Source: a virus (Duplodnaviria > Caudoviricetes). From it: DNA of 56,163 nucleotides. Below are positions 47,930-56,163 of the stretch, piece by piece (the stretch's first letter is position 1; each line of letters opens with the position of its first letter). The translations under genes were made by a program, and so were the position numbers. Under the pieces are notes generated by a model that was given only the letters and a program-made list of their open reading frames with translations, ran no database searches and was not told where the DNA came from. The stretch lies in the IMG/VR virus record IMGVR_UViG_3300030433_003430, positions 1 through 56,163 of that record. One strand, 5' to 3'.

Positions 47930-48739
47930 TCACTTCATGTAAGATTGTTTTATTTTATTTGCAACAGACTCAGCTATTGGACAATTTCCTGTTATACCTT
48001 TTTTAATATACGCTTGTTGGTTGTAAACAACATCAGGGTAGTGTCCCTGTTTTGGTCCTCTAATTCCCAATTCTGCTTTTATTCCGGTCATGTGAAGTTT
48101 CATTTGTTCCAAAGCTAATAAGCAAAGAGGCTCTGCTAATCTAAAATTAAATCCAATATATTCATGTATATACTTTCCTTGCTGACCGTGATTGCATATA
48201 GATCTAATTTTATTGTGATCTAATTTTGAATTGTCTGGTATACATATCATGCCACCCTCAAATGTTGATATGTTTTTGGTTTTGTAAAAAGAAAATGTAC
48301 CACAGTCAGAAAGCATGCCAGCATATTGTCCAGAATCAGTTTGAGATCCAAAGGCTTGTGATGTGTCTTCAATAACTATTAAATCATGCTTTTTAGCGAT
48401 TTTATTTATTTTCTCCATTTCACAAATTCTACCATACAAGTGTACTGGAATTATCGCTTTTGTTCTTGGTGTGATTGCTTCTTCAATTTTTTCAGGATCA
48501 ATTAAATAAGTTTTTGGATCTATATCTACAAAAACTGGTGTTGCCCCTGCTATGATTATTGCATTTGATGTTGCAATGAAAGTGAACGGAGTTGTTATAA
48601 CTTCATCTCCCGGAGAAAGATCCATGGACCACAAGGGAGCAATCAAAGCAGAAGTACCATTGTTAACTGCTATACAATCTTTTAGCTGAAAATTGTCTTT
48701 TACATAATTTTCAAATATTTCTCTAACTACTTGTGGCAC
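47930..48739 (-). CDS. DegT/DnrJ/EryC1/StrS PLP sugar aminotransferase (shortened)
   Basis: NNGTSAL, GDEVITTPFTF.AT, PVHLYG, IEDTSQAFG and SFYKTKN...EGG. Confidence 0.88.
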   Translation of the reverse strand: MPQVVREIFENYVKDNFQLKDCIAVNNGTSALIAPLWSMDLSPGDEVITTPFTFIATSNAIIIAGATPVFVDIDPKTYLIDPEKIEEAITPRTKAIIPVHLYGRICEMEKINKIAKKHDLIVIEDTSQAFGSQTDSGQYAGMLSDCGTFSFYKTKNISTFEGGMICIPDNSKLDHNKIRSICNHGQQGKYIHEYIGFNFRLAEPLCLLALEQMKLHMTGIKAELGIRGPKQGHYPDVVYNQQAYIKKGITGNCPIAESVANKIKQSYMK

Positions 48740-48752
48740 TTTGTGATCTCCG

Positions 48753-49466
48753 TTAGTTTAATTGTACACCAAATTCATTCTTATATTCATCAAATTTTAT
48801 CATTAGCTTTCTTTCTATTTCTGGTGGCATTGATTTATTATAATTTCCAGATCCAGCTTTGTCCAAGTCCCTTAAGCTATCACACTTCTCTAAAATTTTA
48901 ATTGACTCTATCATCATTTTTTGTTCTAAATTTTGTATTCTAATTTGTAAATCAACTAAAGTATCATCATTATAAATGTTAATTTTATCAATTTTTACTA
49001 TTAGTCCTCTGTCTATTTTTTCGTCTATTAAGTGACATGTTACGCCTTGATTTAGTTTATTAAATATGGCCCACTTAATAGTATCTAAACCTCGGTTTTC
49101 TGGTAATATTCCCGGATGCATATTTAAGACACCTTTATTAAAAGAATTAAACGCTATTGGCTTTAGTATTCTAGCTCCCAAAACTATGCCCAGATCCAGA
49201 TTTCTTTTTTTTACCTCTGTTTGCACCTCATCAGAATTGTGTTTAACTACTTTGTAATCTATTCCAAATTGTTCAGCTATTTCTTTTGGATGATGAAGGT
49301 GCAGATCTTTTGGAGAAATCCTTATTTTTGATTTATAAAAATTTAAATCAACTTTATCGGCGGCAAAAATAACATCCGGTTTTTTACCAGACATCATCAA
49401 ATTAATAATTCCATTTTGCGTTTTCCAATGATGAAAATTATATGCAAAAACTCCTATCTTCATCAA
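48753..49466 (-). CDS. sugar N-formyltransferase-like
   Basis: LNMHPGILPENRG...GVT.H.ID..IDRG. Confidence 0.85.
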   Translation of the reverse strand: MMKIGVFAYNFHHWKTQNGIINLMMSGKKPDVIFAADKVDLNFYKSKIRISPKDLHLHHPKEIAEQFGIDYKVVKHNSDEVQTEVKKRNLDLGIVLGARILKPIAFNSFNKGVLNMHPGILPENRGLDTIKWAIFNKLNQGVTCHLIDEKIDRGLIVKIDKINIYNDDTLVDLQIRIQNLEQKMMIESIKILEKCDSLRDLDKAGSGNYNKSMPPEIERKLMIKFDEYKNEFGVQLN

Positions 49467-50473
49467 TAAATCCCTTTAGATTCATATGCACACTCATATA
49501 TGTCTTGTATAATTTTAAGAGATGCATGTGCATTGTTTATTTTAAATTTATCTAAGTTTCTATAAAGTTCTGTGTGGTTAGGGCAGGAGCCAGCATAAGA
49601 TCCATATGAATTTGGTTTATTATCTATATCAGATGATTCTAGCATATTTTCAAATTCTACCCTACACCCATTGCTTAAGAAGTTATATGTTTCTATAACA
49701 TTCATAGCTTTTCCTCCAAGCTTTATATAACCATTTGAGCCCATTACTGATAGAGAACACTCTAAATTAAATGGCTCGGCTGCAATCGTTACTTCTAAAG
49801 TTCCTCCAAAATCTTTAAAATCTAATAATGAATATATGGTGTCTTCTATCTCAACATGACTATGTTTTGTTTTATAAACAGATGCAGAAGCAACTTTTGG
49901 TACTCCCAAAATATATTGCATTATGTCAATATAATGTATGCCGCATTCATGAAGAGTACCACCGCCAACTTTGGGTATAGATCTCCAGCCAGTAAAATAC
50001 TCAATTGGTCTTTGCCATCTTTGTACTAAACTTATTCCACGAATATTTCCCAAAAGGCCCTTGTCTATTGCATCTTTAAATAACTTAACTGATGGATTTA
50101 ATCTAACTTGAAGTACGCAATACGCATTTTTTTGATTCTTTTTTGCTAGATTTTCTATCTCTAATACATCTTCAGCATTTAAAGATATTGGCTTCTCTAT
50201 TAAAACATCTTTCCCACTATTAATACAAAATTTAGCTTGCTCAACATGAGATGAGTTGGGTGTGGCAATTGCAACTAAATCAATATCTTCTTTTGCAATC
50301 ATAGTTTTATAATCTAAATATCCACTAACATTGTACTTAGACTTTGCGGCATCTAATATATCCCTCTGGTTATCACATACAGATACTAACTCAAAATTTG
50401 AATTTTTATTAATCGCTTCCGCATGTCTTCGCAATATCGCTCCGCATCCAATTATTGCAACCTTTTTTTTCAC
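49463..50473 (-). CDS. Gfo/Idh/MocA NAD-dependent oxidoreductase (WlbA/WbpB-like)
   Basis: IIGCGAI..RH, IATPN..H, EKP, Q.R.NP, WQRP..YF and GG.L....IHYID. Confidence 0.88.
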   Translation of the reverse strand: MKKKVAIIGCGAILRRHAEAINKNSNFELVSVCDNQRDILDAAKSKYNVSGYLDYKTMIAKEDIDLVAIATPNSSHVEQAKFCINSGKDVLIEKPISLNAEDVLEIENLAKKNQKNAYCVLQVRLNPSVKLFKDAIDKGLLGNIRGISLVQRWQRPIEYFTGWRSIPKVGGGTLHECGIHYIDIMQYILGVPKVASASVYKTKHSHVEIEDTIYSLLDFKDFGGTLEVTIAAEPFNLECSLSVMGSNGYIKLGGKAMNVIETYNFLSNGCRVEFENMLESSDIDNKPNSYGSYAGSCPNHTELYRNLDKFKINNAHASLKIIQDIYECAYESKGIY

Positions 50474-50818
50474 TTATAACTCCTCAATTCTTTTTGCTTT
50501 GTCGTCAATAACTAAATCAAATGCTGGCTTTGAATTGTTTCCGGTTCCTGTTACCAAATCGTGATATTTACATCCCCACTCTCTTAGTTGATGTTCCGTA
50601 TATTGTTTATAGTCATTCCCTGAAATACTCCCACGAGAAGTCCAATATGTGATTTTCCAACCATCATCGTATAGTTGGTTTATTTTTGCTATATTTTCAT
50701 AATTTGGCACTGCTAGATCATACCTTCTTTCACCTTTGTAAAAGCATATGGTATCATCTATGTCTACTAATGCTAACTTTCCATGTGGGGTGTTTTTTGT
50801 TGATTTATTAAAATTCAT
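50474..50818 (-). CDS. small HAD-superfamily phosphatase
   Basis: VDIDDTIC, WTSRG and KP..D..IDDKA. Confidence 0.8.
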   Translation of the reverse strand: MNFNKSTKNTPHGKLALVDIDDTICFYKGERRYDLAVPNYENIAKINQLYDDGWKITYWTSRGSISGNDYKQYTEHQLREWGCKYHDLVTGTGNNSKPAFDLVIDDKAKRIEEL

Positions 50819-50827
50819 ATTATTATA

Positions 50828-51460
50828 TCAATAGTTTTCAGATGGACACATATTATACCACCAAATTGGGTGAGTTAAAACTAATATTTTTGACCATCTA
50901 TTAATATGTTCTGAAAAACAACCTTCCCTCCATCTACAACTGCTGTCTGAAAGGTATTTGTAATCTTTTAAATGTTGCGAATTGTAGCATCTGTTTTTTT
51001 CTGGTAAACATGAAACTAAATTTTTACCAGTTCTTGTAGGCTCATGAAGATTGTAAATTGAAATTTGTTTTCCAATGTAAGTTGATAATATTTCCATTTC
51101 TTGACTAATGTGTTGATCATATGTTATTGCCTCTGTAGGACAAAAACTTGGCTCATAATGCAAACCTATGTCTCCGCCATTATCTATAATTCTTTTTGCT
51201 AAATCAATTGACTTACTTGATAACATGTTATAGGATTTAGCATGTAATCTTAAAAAATAAGTTGCCTTAACTTTCAAGTCTTTTTCAGCTTTCATAAAGT
51301 TGCTACACAAAGATATGTCATGATCTACATCATGAACCATTATTATCTTATTTTTGTAATTTTTATTTAGATCATCTTGTAAATTACAAAATTTATATTC
51401 ACTATCAAGATACGATTGTATCGTTGATCTATAATGTTTTATTGTAAAATTAAAACTCAT
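50828..51460 (-). CDS. polysaccharide deacetylase-like (WbmS-like)
   Basis: HDVD, ATYF, IGLHY, H.P, YLSDS...WR and LTHPIWW. Confidence 0.7.
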   Translation of the reverse strand: MSFNFTIKHYRSTIQSYLDSEYKFCNLQDDLNKNYKNKIIMVHDVDHDISLCSNFMKAEKDLKVKATYFLRLHAKSYNMLSSKSIDLAKRIIDNGGDIGLHYEPSFCPTEAITYDQHISQEMEILSTYIGKQISIYNLHEPTRTGKNLVSCLPEKNRCYNSQHLKDYKYLSDSSCRWREGCFSEHINRWSKILVLTHPIWWYNMCPSENY

Positions 51461-51471
51461 CTACAAACCAC

Positions 51472-52542
51472 CTAAACTAAAGTAAAAATATCTTTTTCAT
51501 CTTGAAATATCTCAGTCCAAACTCTCTGCATTTCAATTCCCCACCTAATGTTGTATTTTTTTTGTTTAAAATTCATAATGTTATCAATTGCAACCTCTAC
51601 AAAATTTACACCAGAGGCTCGGCAATGCTCCATTGTTCCAGAAAATCTAGGGTTTACTTCTAATAGTTTCGGCACTCCACTTAAGTCATATCTGAATTGA
51701 AAATTGGCGTTATATTTAAGACCTAATTTTTCATACATACTCTCTGATAAATCAATTAAATCATTTTTTTTGATTGTTTTTCCACTTGTGCATATACCAT
51801 TGGATATGGTTTTCCTTGTTCTAGGAACGCATATAAACTCATTGTCTCTAGAAAAACAATCAACGCTGTACTCATCATGGGGTAAAAATTCCATCACCAA
51901 CAAATCACTAAACTTATTTGTTCCATCGCTCTTTAATATTTTAACCAATTCTTGAAGAGTAATTTCACTTGAATTAGGCTTTTTATTAAAGAAGTCTTCT
52001 TTACACAATTGATCTTTTATAACTCTAAAACCACGGGATCCGTGTGTTTTAGAAGGCTTTACACAAACTCTATGACCAAGGTTAGTTAATCTTTCATATG
52101 ATTGTAAAAAACTTTCCACATCATTACATACGTCATGGTCTACAATATTTTTTTGAAACCCTTGATCACATAAAAAATCAAACAATCTAGATTTATCTAA
52201 ACATATTTTTAACGAATTTTCATCGGACACCAATATTTTACAATTTATTTTTTCAAAAATATGTTTTGATTTTGCTAAAGGCAGCAACTCTTCATCTGCA
52301 CAAGGTATTATTAAATCAATTTTATTTTTTACACAATAGTCATAAATACAAGGAATGTAATTTGATGAAGTGCCTTTTGGAGATGTGAAAGTTTTATCAA
52401 TCAGCTTAAGACCTATTGAGCTTGGATTTATGTCACAGCCGTGTATAACATATCCAGATTGTAAGTTTTCACATTTTTCTAAAGATTTTTTTACAGTTAT
52501 AAATCCGGGGCTTCCTGATGCTGTGATCAATATTTTAGTCAT
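51472..52542 (-). CDS. ATP-grasp ligase
   Basis: IIP..DEEL, DK, VKP...HGSRGF, MEFLP..EYSVD and LEVNPRFSG. Confidence 0.85.
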   Translation of the reverse strand: MTKILITASGSPGFITVKKSLEKCENLQSGYVIHGCDINPSSIGLKLIDKTFTSPKGTSSNYIPCIYDYCVKNKIDLIIPCADEELLPLAKSKHIFEKINCKILVSDENSLKICLDKSRLFDFLCDQGFQKNIVDHDVCNDVESFLQSYERLTNLGHRVCVKPSKTHGSRGFRVIKDQLCKEDFFNKKPNSSEITLQELVKILKSDGTNKFSDLLVMEFLPHDEYSVDCFSRDNEFICVPRTRKTISNGICTSGKTIKKNDLIDLSESMYEKLGLKYNANFQFRYDLSGVPKLLEVNPRFSGTMEHCRASGVNFVEVAIDNIMNFKQKKYNIRWGIEMQRVWTEIFQDEKDIFTLV

Positions 52543-53336
52543 GACAACCCCATATCTTTTATTAAATTTAAAACTATTTGTTTTTTGCTTGGATCAGTCA
52601 AGGGTCTTACCAAATGTGCAGTCCAATAATCTTTGTTTTTTAATCTATCTAGTTCATAACTGCAATTGTACATTCTGTCTATTTTTTTGCTTTGAAGATT
52701 CTGCGAAACCCAACGGTTGTCCATAAAAATGACATCATCATGGTCATAAAGCTTACTAGATATATACGCTTCATCCATACCCCACCAATTATTTTGTTCT
52801 AAATTCCACCCAAAATTTGAATTTGATAGCTGATACCTTACATCCCAGATCCTTTTTAATTCCAACTCTAAACTATCTTCAATTTGAAGAATTTTTTTAA
52901 AAGTAGAGCCTTTTGCAATATTGTGACCAGACGCTATATGCTTAATGTCGCCGTAAGGATTTGCTCCCAATCCAACAACATATTTGTCATCAGAAATTGA
53001 AGATATTTTGTCCCACAATACAGAAGATATTGGAATTTCATCAATTCCAGTAAAACAACAAACATCATTTGGGAATTTATTTGCGATGGCCCAAAACAAA
53101 GTCCATGTTACCGTCCAGTCTAAATCCGGTCTTTGTATAAACTTTTCATATTTAGGAAACAAATATACATCGCCATGTTCTGTTTTTACTTCCCTATCTA
53201 ATTCTTCTTGCGTTCCGCAAAATATTAGTGTTGGTATTATATCTGTTGTTTCTTTATAAACTTTTGCAACAATGTCCCACATACCAGAATATAACAAAGA
53301 AGAGTTCAAACACATTACTGCTCTATCTATTTTCAT
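52539..53336 (-). CDS. hypothetical protein, probable glycosyltransferase-like
   Basis: Cluster context; TGIDEIP (DxD-like), DE, IDR and H..RP pattern. Confidence 0.45.
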   Translation of the reverse strand: MKIDRAVMCLNSSLLYSGMWDIVAKVYKETTDIIPTLIFCGTQEELDREVKTEHGDVYLFPKYEKFIQRPDLDWTVTWTLFWAIANKFPNDVCCFTGIDEIPISSVLWDKISSISDDKYVVGLGANPYGDIKHIASGHNIAKGSTFKKILQIEDSLELELKRIWDVRYQLSNSNFGWNLEQNNWWGMDEAYISSKLYDHDDVIFMDNRWVSQNLQSKKIDRMYNCSYELDRLKNKDYWTAHLVRPLTDPSKKQIVLNLIKDMGLS

Positions 53337-54109
53337 TTTATGCCCATTGATTTTTCATCACAAAAATTACACCAATCTTTTAATTGCCACAATGAATCGG
53401 CTGCTGCTCCAGAATACTTAATTAAATCTAATTGCAATATTACTGATTTTTTATATGTATAAGCAGTTTCATAACAAAATAGCCAATCTTCAGCAGGAGC
53501 CCCCTGAAGTTCTGTCCAATCTTTCCATCTTATTTTTTGTAGCACCTCTTTTCTAATTGATGTATTGCCACCATGGGTTCTACCAAACATATTACCATAA
53601 CCCCCTTTTGCGTAGAGTGGGTGATGATATGGTTTTATCATTTTTTTACATATTTCTTCAGATGATATAATTTTTATTTTTTGTTTATCAAAAGTTTCAA
53701 AATTACAACTTTCGTGACACCACCAATGATTTATGTGCATTGCATCAGTTGTTTCAAAACAATGCTTGATTGCCTCCACTCTCTGGTGATGGGGTATGTC
53801 ATCGGCATCATTATAGATAATAATATCACCCGTAGCAACATCAGACCCCTCTTGCCTATTAGGTCCGTGTGTTTTCTTGCCAATGTGGCTTATAATATTA
53901 AACTCTTCAAAAATATTTCCAGAAACACATTTTTTTAAATATTTTTTTGTTTCTTGTTCAATTGTCATTTTGTTAATCAGTGGAGCTTGACTCAAAGAGA
54001 CAATCACCTCGTCAGGCTTTGTTGTTCCATTTTCATATGCCTTCAACACACTAACTAAAGAGTTACAAAAGTGATATGGAGTGCAAGGTATAACTAAACT
54101 AGTTTTCAC
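53333..54109 (-). CDS. glycosyltransferase family 2-like
   Basis: SLVIP, PDEVIV, NR..G...ATGDII...DADD and ED motif. Confidence 0.8.
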   Translation of the reverse strand: MKTSLVIPCTPYHFCNSLVSVLKAYENGTTKPDEVIVSLSQAPLINKMTIEQETKKYLKKCVSGNIFEEFNIISHIGKKTHGPNRQEGSDVATGDIIIYNDADDIPHHQRVEAIKHCFETTDAMHINHWWCHESCNFETFDKQKIKIISSEEICKKMIKPYHHPLYAKGGYGNMFGRTHGGNTSIRKEVLQKIRWKDWTELQGAPAEDWLFCYETAYTYKKSVILQLDLIKYSGAAADSLWQLKDWCNFCDEKSMGIK

Positions 54110-54813
54110 TATAAAACATTCCTTTGATATTCGTATGTTTCATCTTCGTTCCATATTTCTCCGATAAAACCCTCGTCTTTACTTTTTCTAATTGTTGGAA
54201 ATTGCCTTCCACTATCTAAATAAGAGTTTCCATTGTTGTCAACATTCCTGCTGCTATGATTATACGCCTCATGGCTCGTTATACTATGGTTAAATTTTTG
54301 ATATAACCTGTTTAAAAACTTCATGTCATCCATTTTTTTAAATCTATAATCATTGTGAATAAAAGATTTATAATCCTCTATAAACGAGTAAGTCCCGTTA
54401 GGTCTCTTGTTAAACCCAAACATTCCACCCATCACAGTATAGTTGTGGTGAGGATGGTCTCTCATCAAATGGAGACTTGTGCCCTCGGATAACCACTCAT
54501 CAACGGCTTCTTTTTCCCTTTTCATTAATCTAGAATCTGCGTCTCTAACACAAAACACATCAATATCTTTATCGTCAAAAGGTAAAAATCTCCAAAACAT
54601 ACCGCCGATTATCGGAGTTCCCGTTACATTATAAACTTGTGCCCCCATCTGACTATATTCTTTTGCCATTTCTCTGGGTACACTGTTGTCTAAATAAATT
54701 CTTATTTTCCAATCATCACCATATACATTTTCTAAAAGTTCTATATTTCTTTTCATGCCAATGGTATATTTTGGATCGTCTCCATAAAGACTAAAAGATA
54801 ATATTTTATTCAA
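54109..54813 (-). CDS. GT-A-like putative glycosyltransferase
   Basis: SFSLYG, MFWRFL, RDADSR, H.MRDHP.H and GGMFG. Confidence 0.6.
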   Translation of the reverse strand: MNKILSFSLYGDDPKYTIGMKRNIELLENVYGDDWKIRIYLDNSVPREMAKEYSQMGAQVYNVTGTPIIGGMFWRFLPFDDKDIDVFCVRDADSRLMKREKEAVDEWLSEGTSLHLMRDHPHHNYTVMGGMFGFNKRPNGTYSFIEDYKSFIHNDYRFKKMDDMKFLNRLYQKFNHSITSHEAYNHSSRNVDNNGNSYLDSGRQFPTIRKSKDEGFIGEIWNEDETYEYQRNVL

Positions 54814-55531
54814 TTAATTTCTCCACCGTGTCTGAATGAAAAATTCCCTGCTTATATCTCAATATATTTTCTGAGTATATTTTTTCATCATCTTGAAAAT
54901 GTATGGCTATTTTTGGGACATCAGAAAAAGCAAACACTTTGATATCTCTAAGGGTTTTTATATTAAATTTTTTAGAGTGCCATACTCTTTCTGCCATGTC
55001 GGCGTCTGTATAATAATATTTAAATCTTGAATCATACATACCAAGAGATTTAAAAACATCTTTGTGATAAATTCCATAATTCAAACATATATCGCCTGTT
55101 CCATCTTCTTTTTTGCTATTAGATATAAACCAATTATCCGAATGTTCATTGCCTTTTAGCCACTCTGGATTAGTGTGATCCCCTGTTTTGCCGTACTTCC
55201 AATTAAAAATATACACACCCGAATTATCTAGATGCTGCATCACTTCGTTCCAGTCATTCACCAATAACACATCATCATTCCATTGGCATATATAATCATA
55301 AGATGCAGATCTTATGCCTATATTCATGTAGTGGTGATATGGGCTTCTTCTGCCAATTTCTATCAACTTAATTCTTGGATGATTTAATGCCTTTATTGCC
55401 TCAAGTGTTCCATCTGTTGATCCTCCGTCTACCAAAACTAGCTCAAGGTTTTTATTTGCAACAACAGTATTTTCTATTAAGCCCTTCAAAAGATGAACTC
55501 TGTTTAAAGTTCCAGTTACAATACTTATCAT
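54806..55531 (-). CDS. glycosyltransferase family 2
   Basis: ISIV...LNR, VLVDGGSTDGT, N.GI..A, NDD, G.YD..F..YY.D.D. Confidence 0.88.
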   Translation of the reverse strand: MISIVTGTLNRVHLLKGLIENTVVANKNLELVLVDGGSTDGTLEAIKALNHPRIKLIEIGRRSPYHHYMNIGIRSASYDYICQWNDDVLLVNDWNEVMQHLDNSGVYIFNWKYGKTGDHTNPEWLKGNEHSDNWFISNSKKEDGTGDICLNYGIYHKDVFKSLGMYDSRFKYYYTDADMAERVWHSKKFNIKTLRDIKVFAFSDVPKIAIHFQDDEKIYSENILRYKQGIFHSDTVEKLIE

Positions 55532-55532
55532 T

Positions 55533-56162
55533 TCACCACACAAACCTATTTTTATAATACTCTACAATATCTTGTATTTCTTCATTGAACTTCTTTTTTG
55601 TAAACCACCCTAAAGATTGTAATTTAGTATCGTCTACAGAATATCTGACATCTTGTCCCTGCCTAGAATATGCAAAATCAACATAATGTTCTAATTTTTC
55701 TACATCACACCCATAGCACTCAATAATCTTCCTAACGGTATCAATGTTTTTTTGCTCTTCATGCCCTGATATATTATAGATTTCGTTTATTTTTCCGCTT
55801 TCTATGATCTTCACAACTGCTTCAGCAGTGTCATCGGCGTGAAGCCAACTCCTATAAGGTTCACCATCGTTGTGCAAACAAGTTTTTCTACCACGATTTA
55901 GATTTTTAATGGTTAGGGGGATTAATTTTTCCGGATATTGGCCGATTCCATAGTTATTAGCGGGTCTTACAATAACATATTCCAAATCATAAGTCCTTGC
56001 CCAAGCCAAAACAAGCATATCTGCTGCTGCTTTGGAGGCAGAATAGGGATTACTAGGCTTAAGTAGGTCTTCTTCTTTATGATCTCCGCTTACAATGTCT
56101 CCGTAGACCTCATCTGTGCTAAAATGTAAGAAAATTGGTCTTTTCCCTACATTTTTTTGCTT
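55533..56162 (-). CDS. rmlB: dTDP-glucose 4,6-dehydratase-like SDR (5' end outside window)
   Basis: Frame stays open to the window edge: FSTDEVYGD...PSNPYSASKAAAD, NNYG..QYPEKLIP, RSWLH..D and R.GQD.RY. Confidence 0.85.
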   Translation of the reverse strand, partial: KQKNVGKRPIFLHFSTDEVYGDIVSGDHKEEDLLKPSNPYSASKAAADMLVLAWARTYDLEYVIVRPANNYGIGQYPEKLIPLTIKNLNRGRKTCLHNDGEPYRSWLHADDTAEAVVKIIESGKINEIYNISGHEEQKNIDTVRKIIECYGCDVEKLEHYVDFAYSRQGQDVRYSVDDTKLQSLGWFTKKKFNEEIQDIVEYYKNRFVW

Positions 56163-56163
56163 A

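Noticed and set aside
181-55557. Numerous short plus-strand ORFs in the track
   Set aside because: All lie antisense to well-supported minus-strand genes and show no recognisable motifs.
1-56163. Alternative genetic code (stop-codon reassignment) as in some large phages
   Set aside because: Genes are full length under the standard code, and TAA, TAG and TGA all occur at coupled gene ends.
45754-56163. Possibility that the sugar cluster is bacterial chromosome flanking a prophage
   Set aside because: Same strand and tight coupling continue into phage-type genes, with no integrase, att site or export genes visible; cannot be fully excluded without flanking sequence.
1-56163. tRNA, rRNA, introns, inteins or IS elements
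   Set aside because: No intergenic space long enough apart from short AT-rich gaps, and no intein, homing endonuclease or transposase motifs recognised.

Overview
This is a 56-kb segment of a large, uncultured myovirus-like dsDNA phage. All credible genes lie on the minus strand, are tightly packed (many TAATG/ATGA couplings) and use the standard code. In transcription order (right to left): (i) a ~10.4-kb nucleotide-sugar/glycosyltransferase cluster (rmlB-like, GT2s, ATP-grasp, deacetylase-like, HAD, Gfo/Idh/MocA, formyltransferase, DegT, fcl, gmd); (ii) small genes and a T4 gp55-like sigma factor; (iii) a ~34-kb baseplate/virion module (gp5-like hub/lysozyme, spike, gp25, gp6, 3151-aa gp7/LamG-like and others); (iv) a RuvC-primase unit ending in two lipoproteins, one poly-Glu and one with an FrpC/MIIA-type Asp-Pro self-processing module; (v) a single-chain Mre11-Rad50 (SbcD-SbcC) fusion; (vi) a CglF/GltF-like secreted peptide, holin/spanin-like genes, four ORFs sharing an N-terminal MKxxLxxWxxFxxE tag, and an unannotated 31-aa peptide with 10 Cys. 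Two promoter classes are visible: TTGAC(A/T)-17-TATxxx before non-structural units, and an ACTA(T/A)TTA motif before virion/lysis genes. The best candidates for an undescribed system are the phage-encoded host-envelope set (clip-and-link lipoprotein, poly-Glu lipoprotein, CglF-like) and possible virion glycosylation at enriched [ST]-[GAS]-[ST] motifs. All family calls come from motif recognition by eye; no database searches were run.
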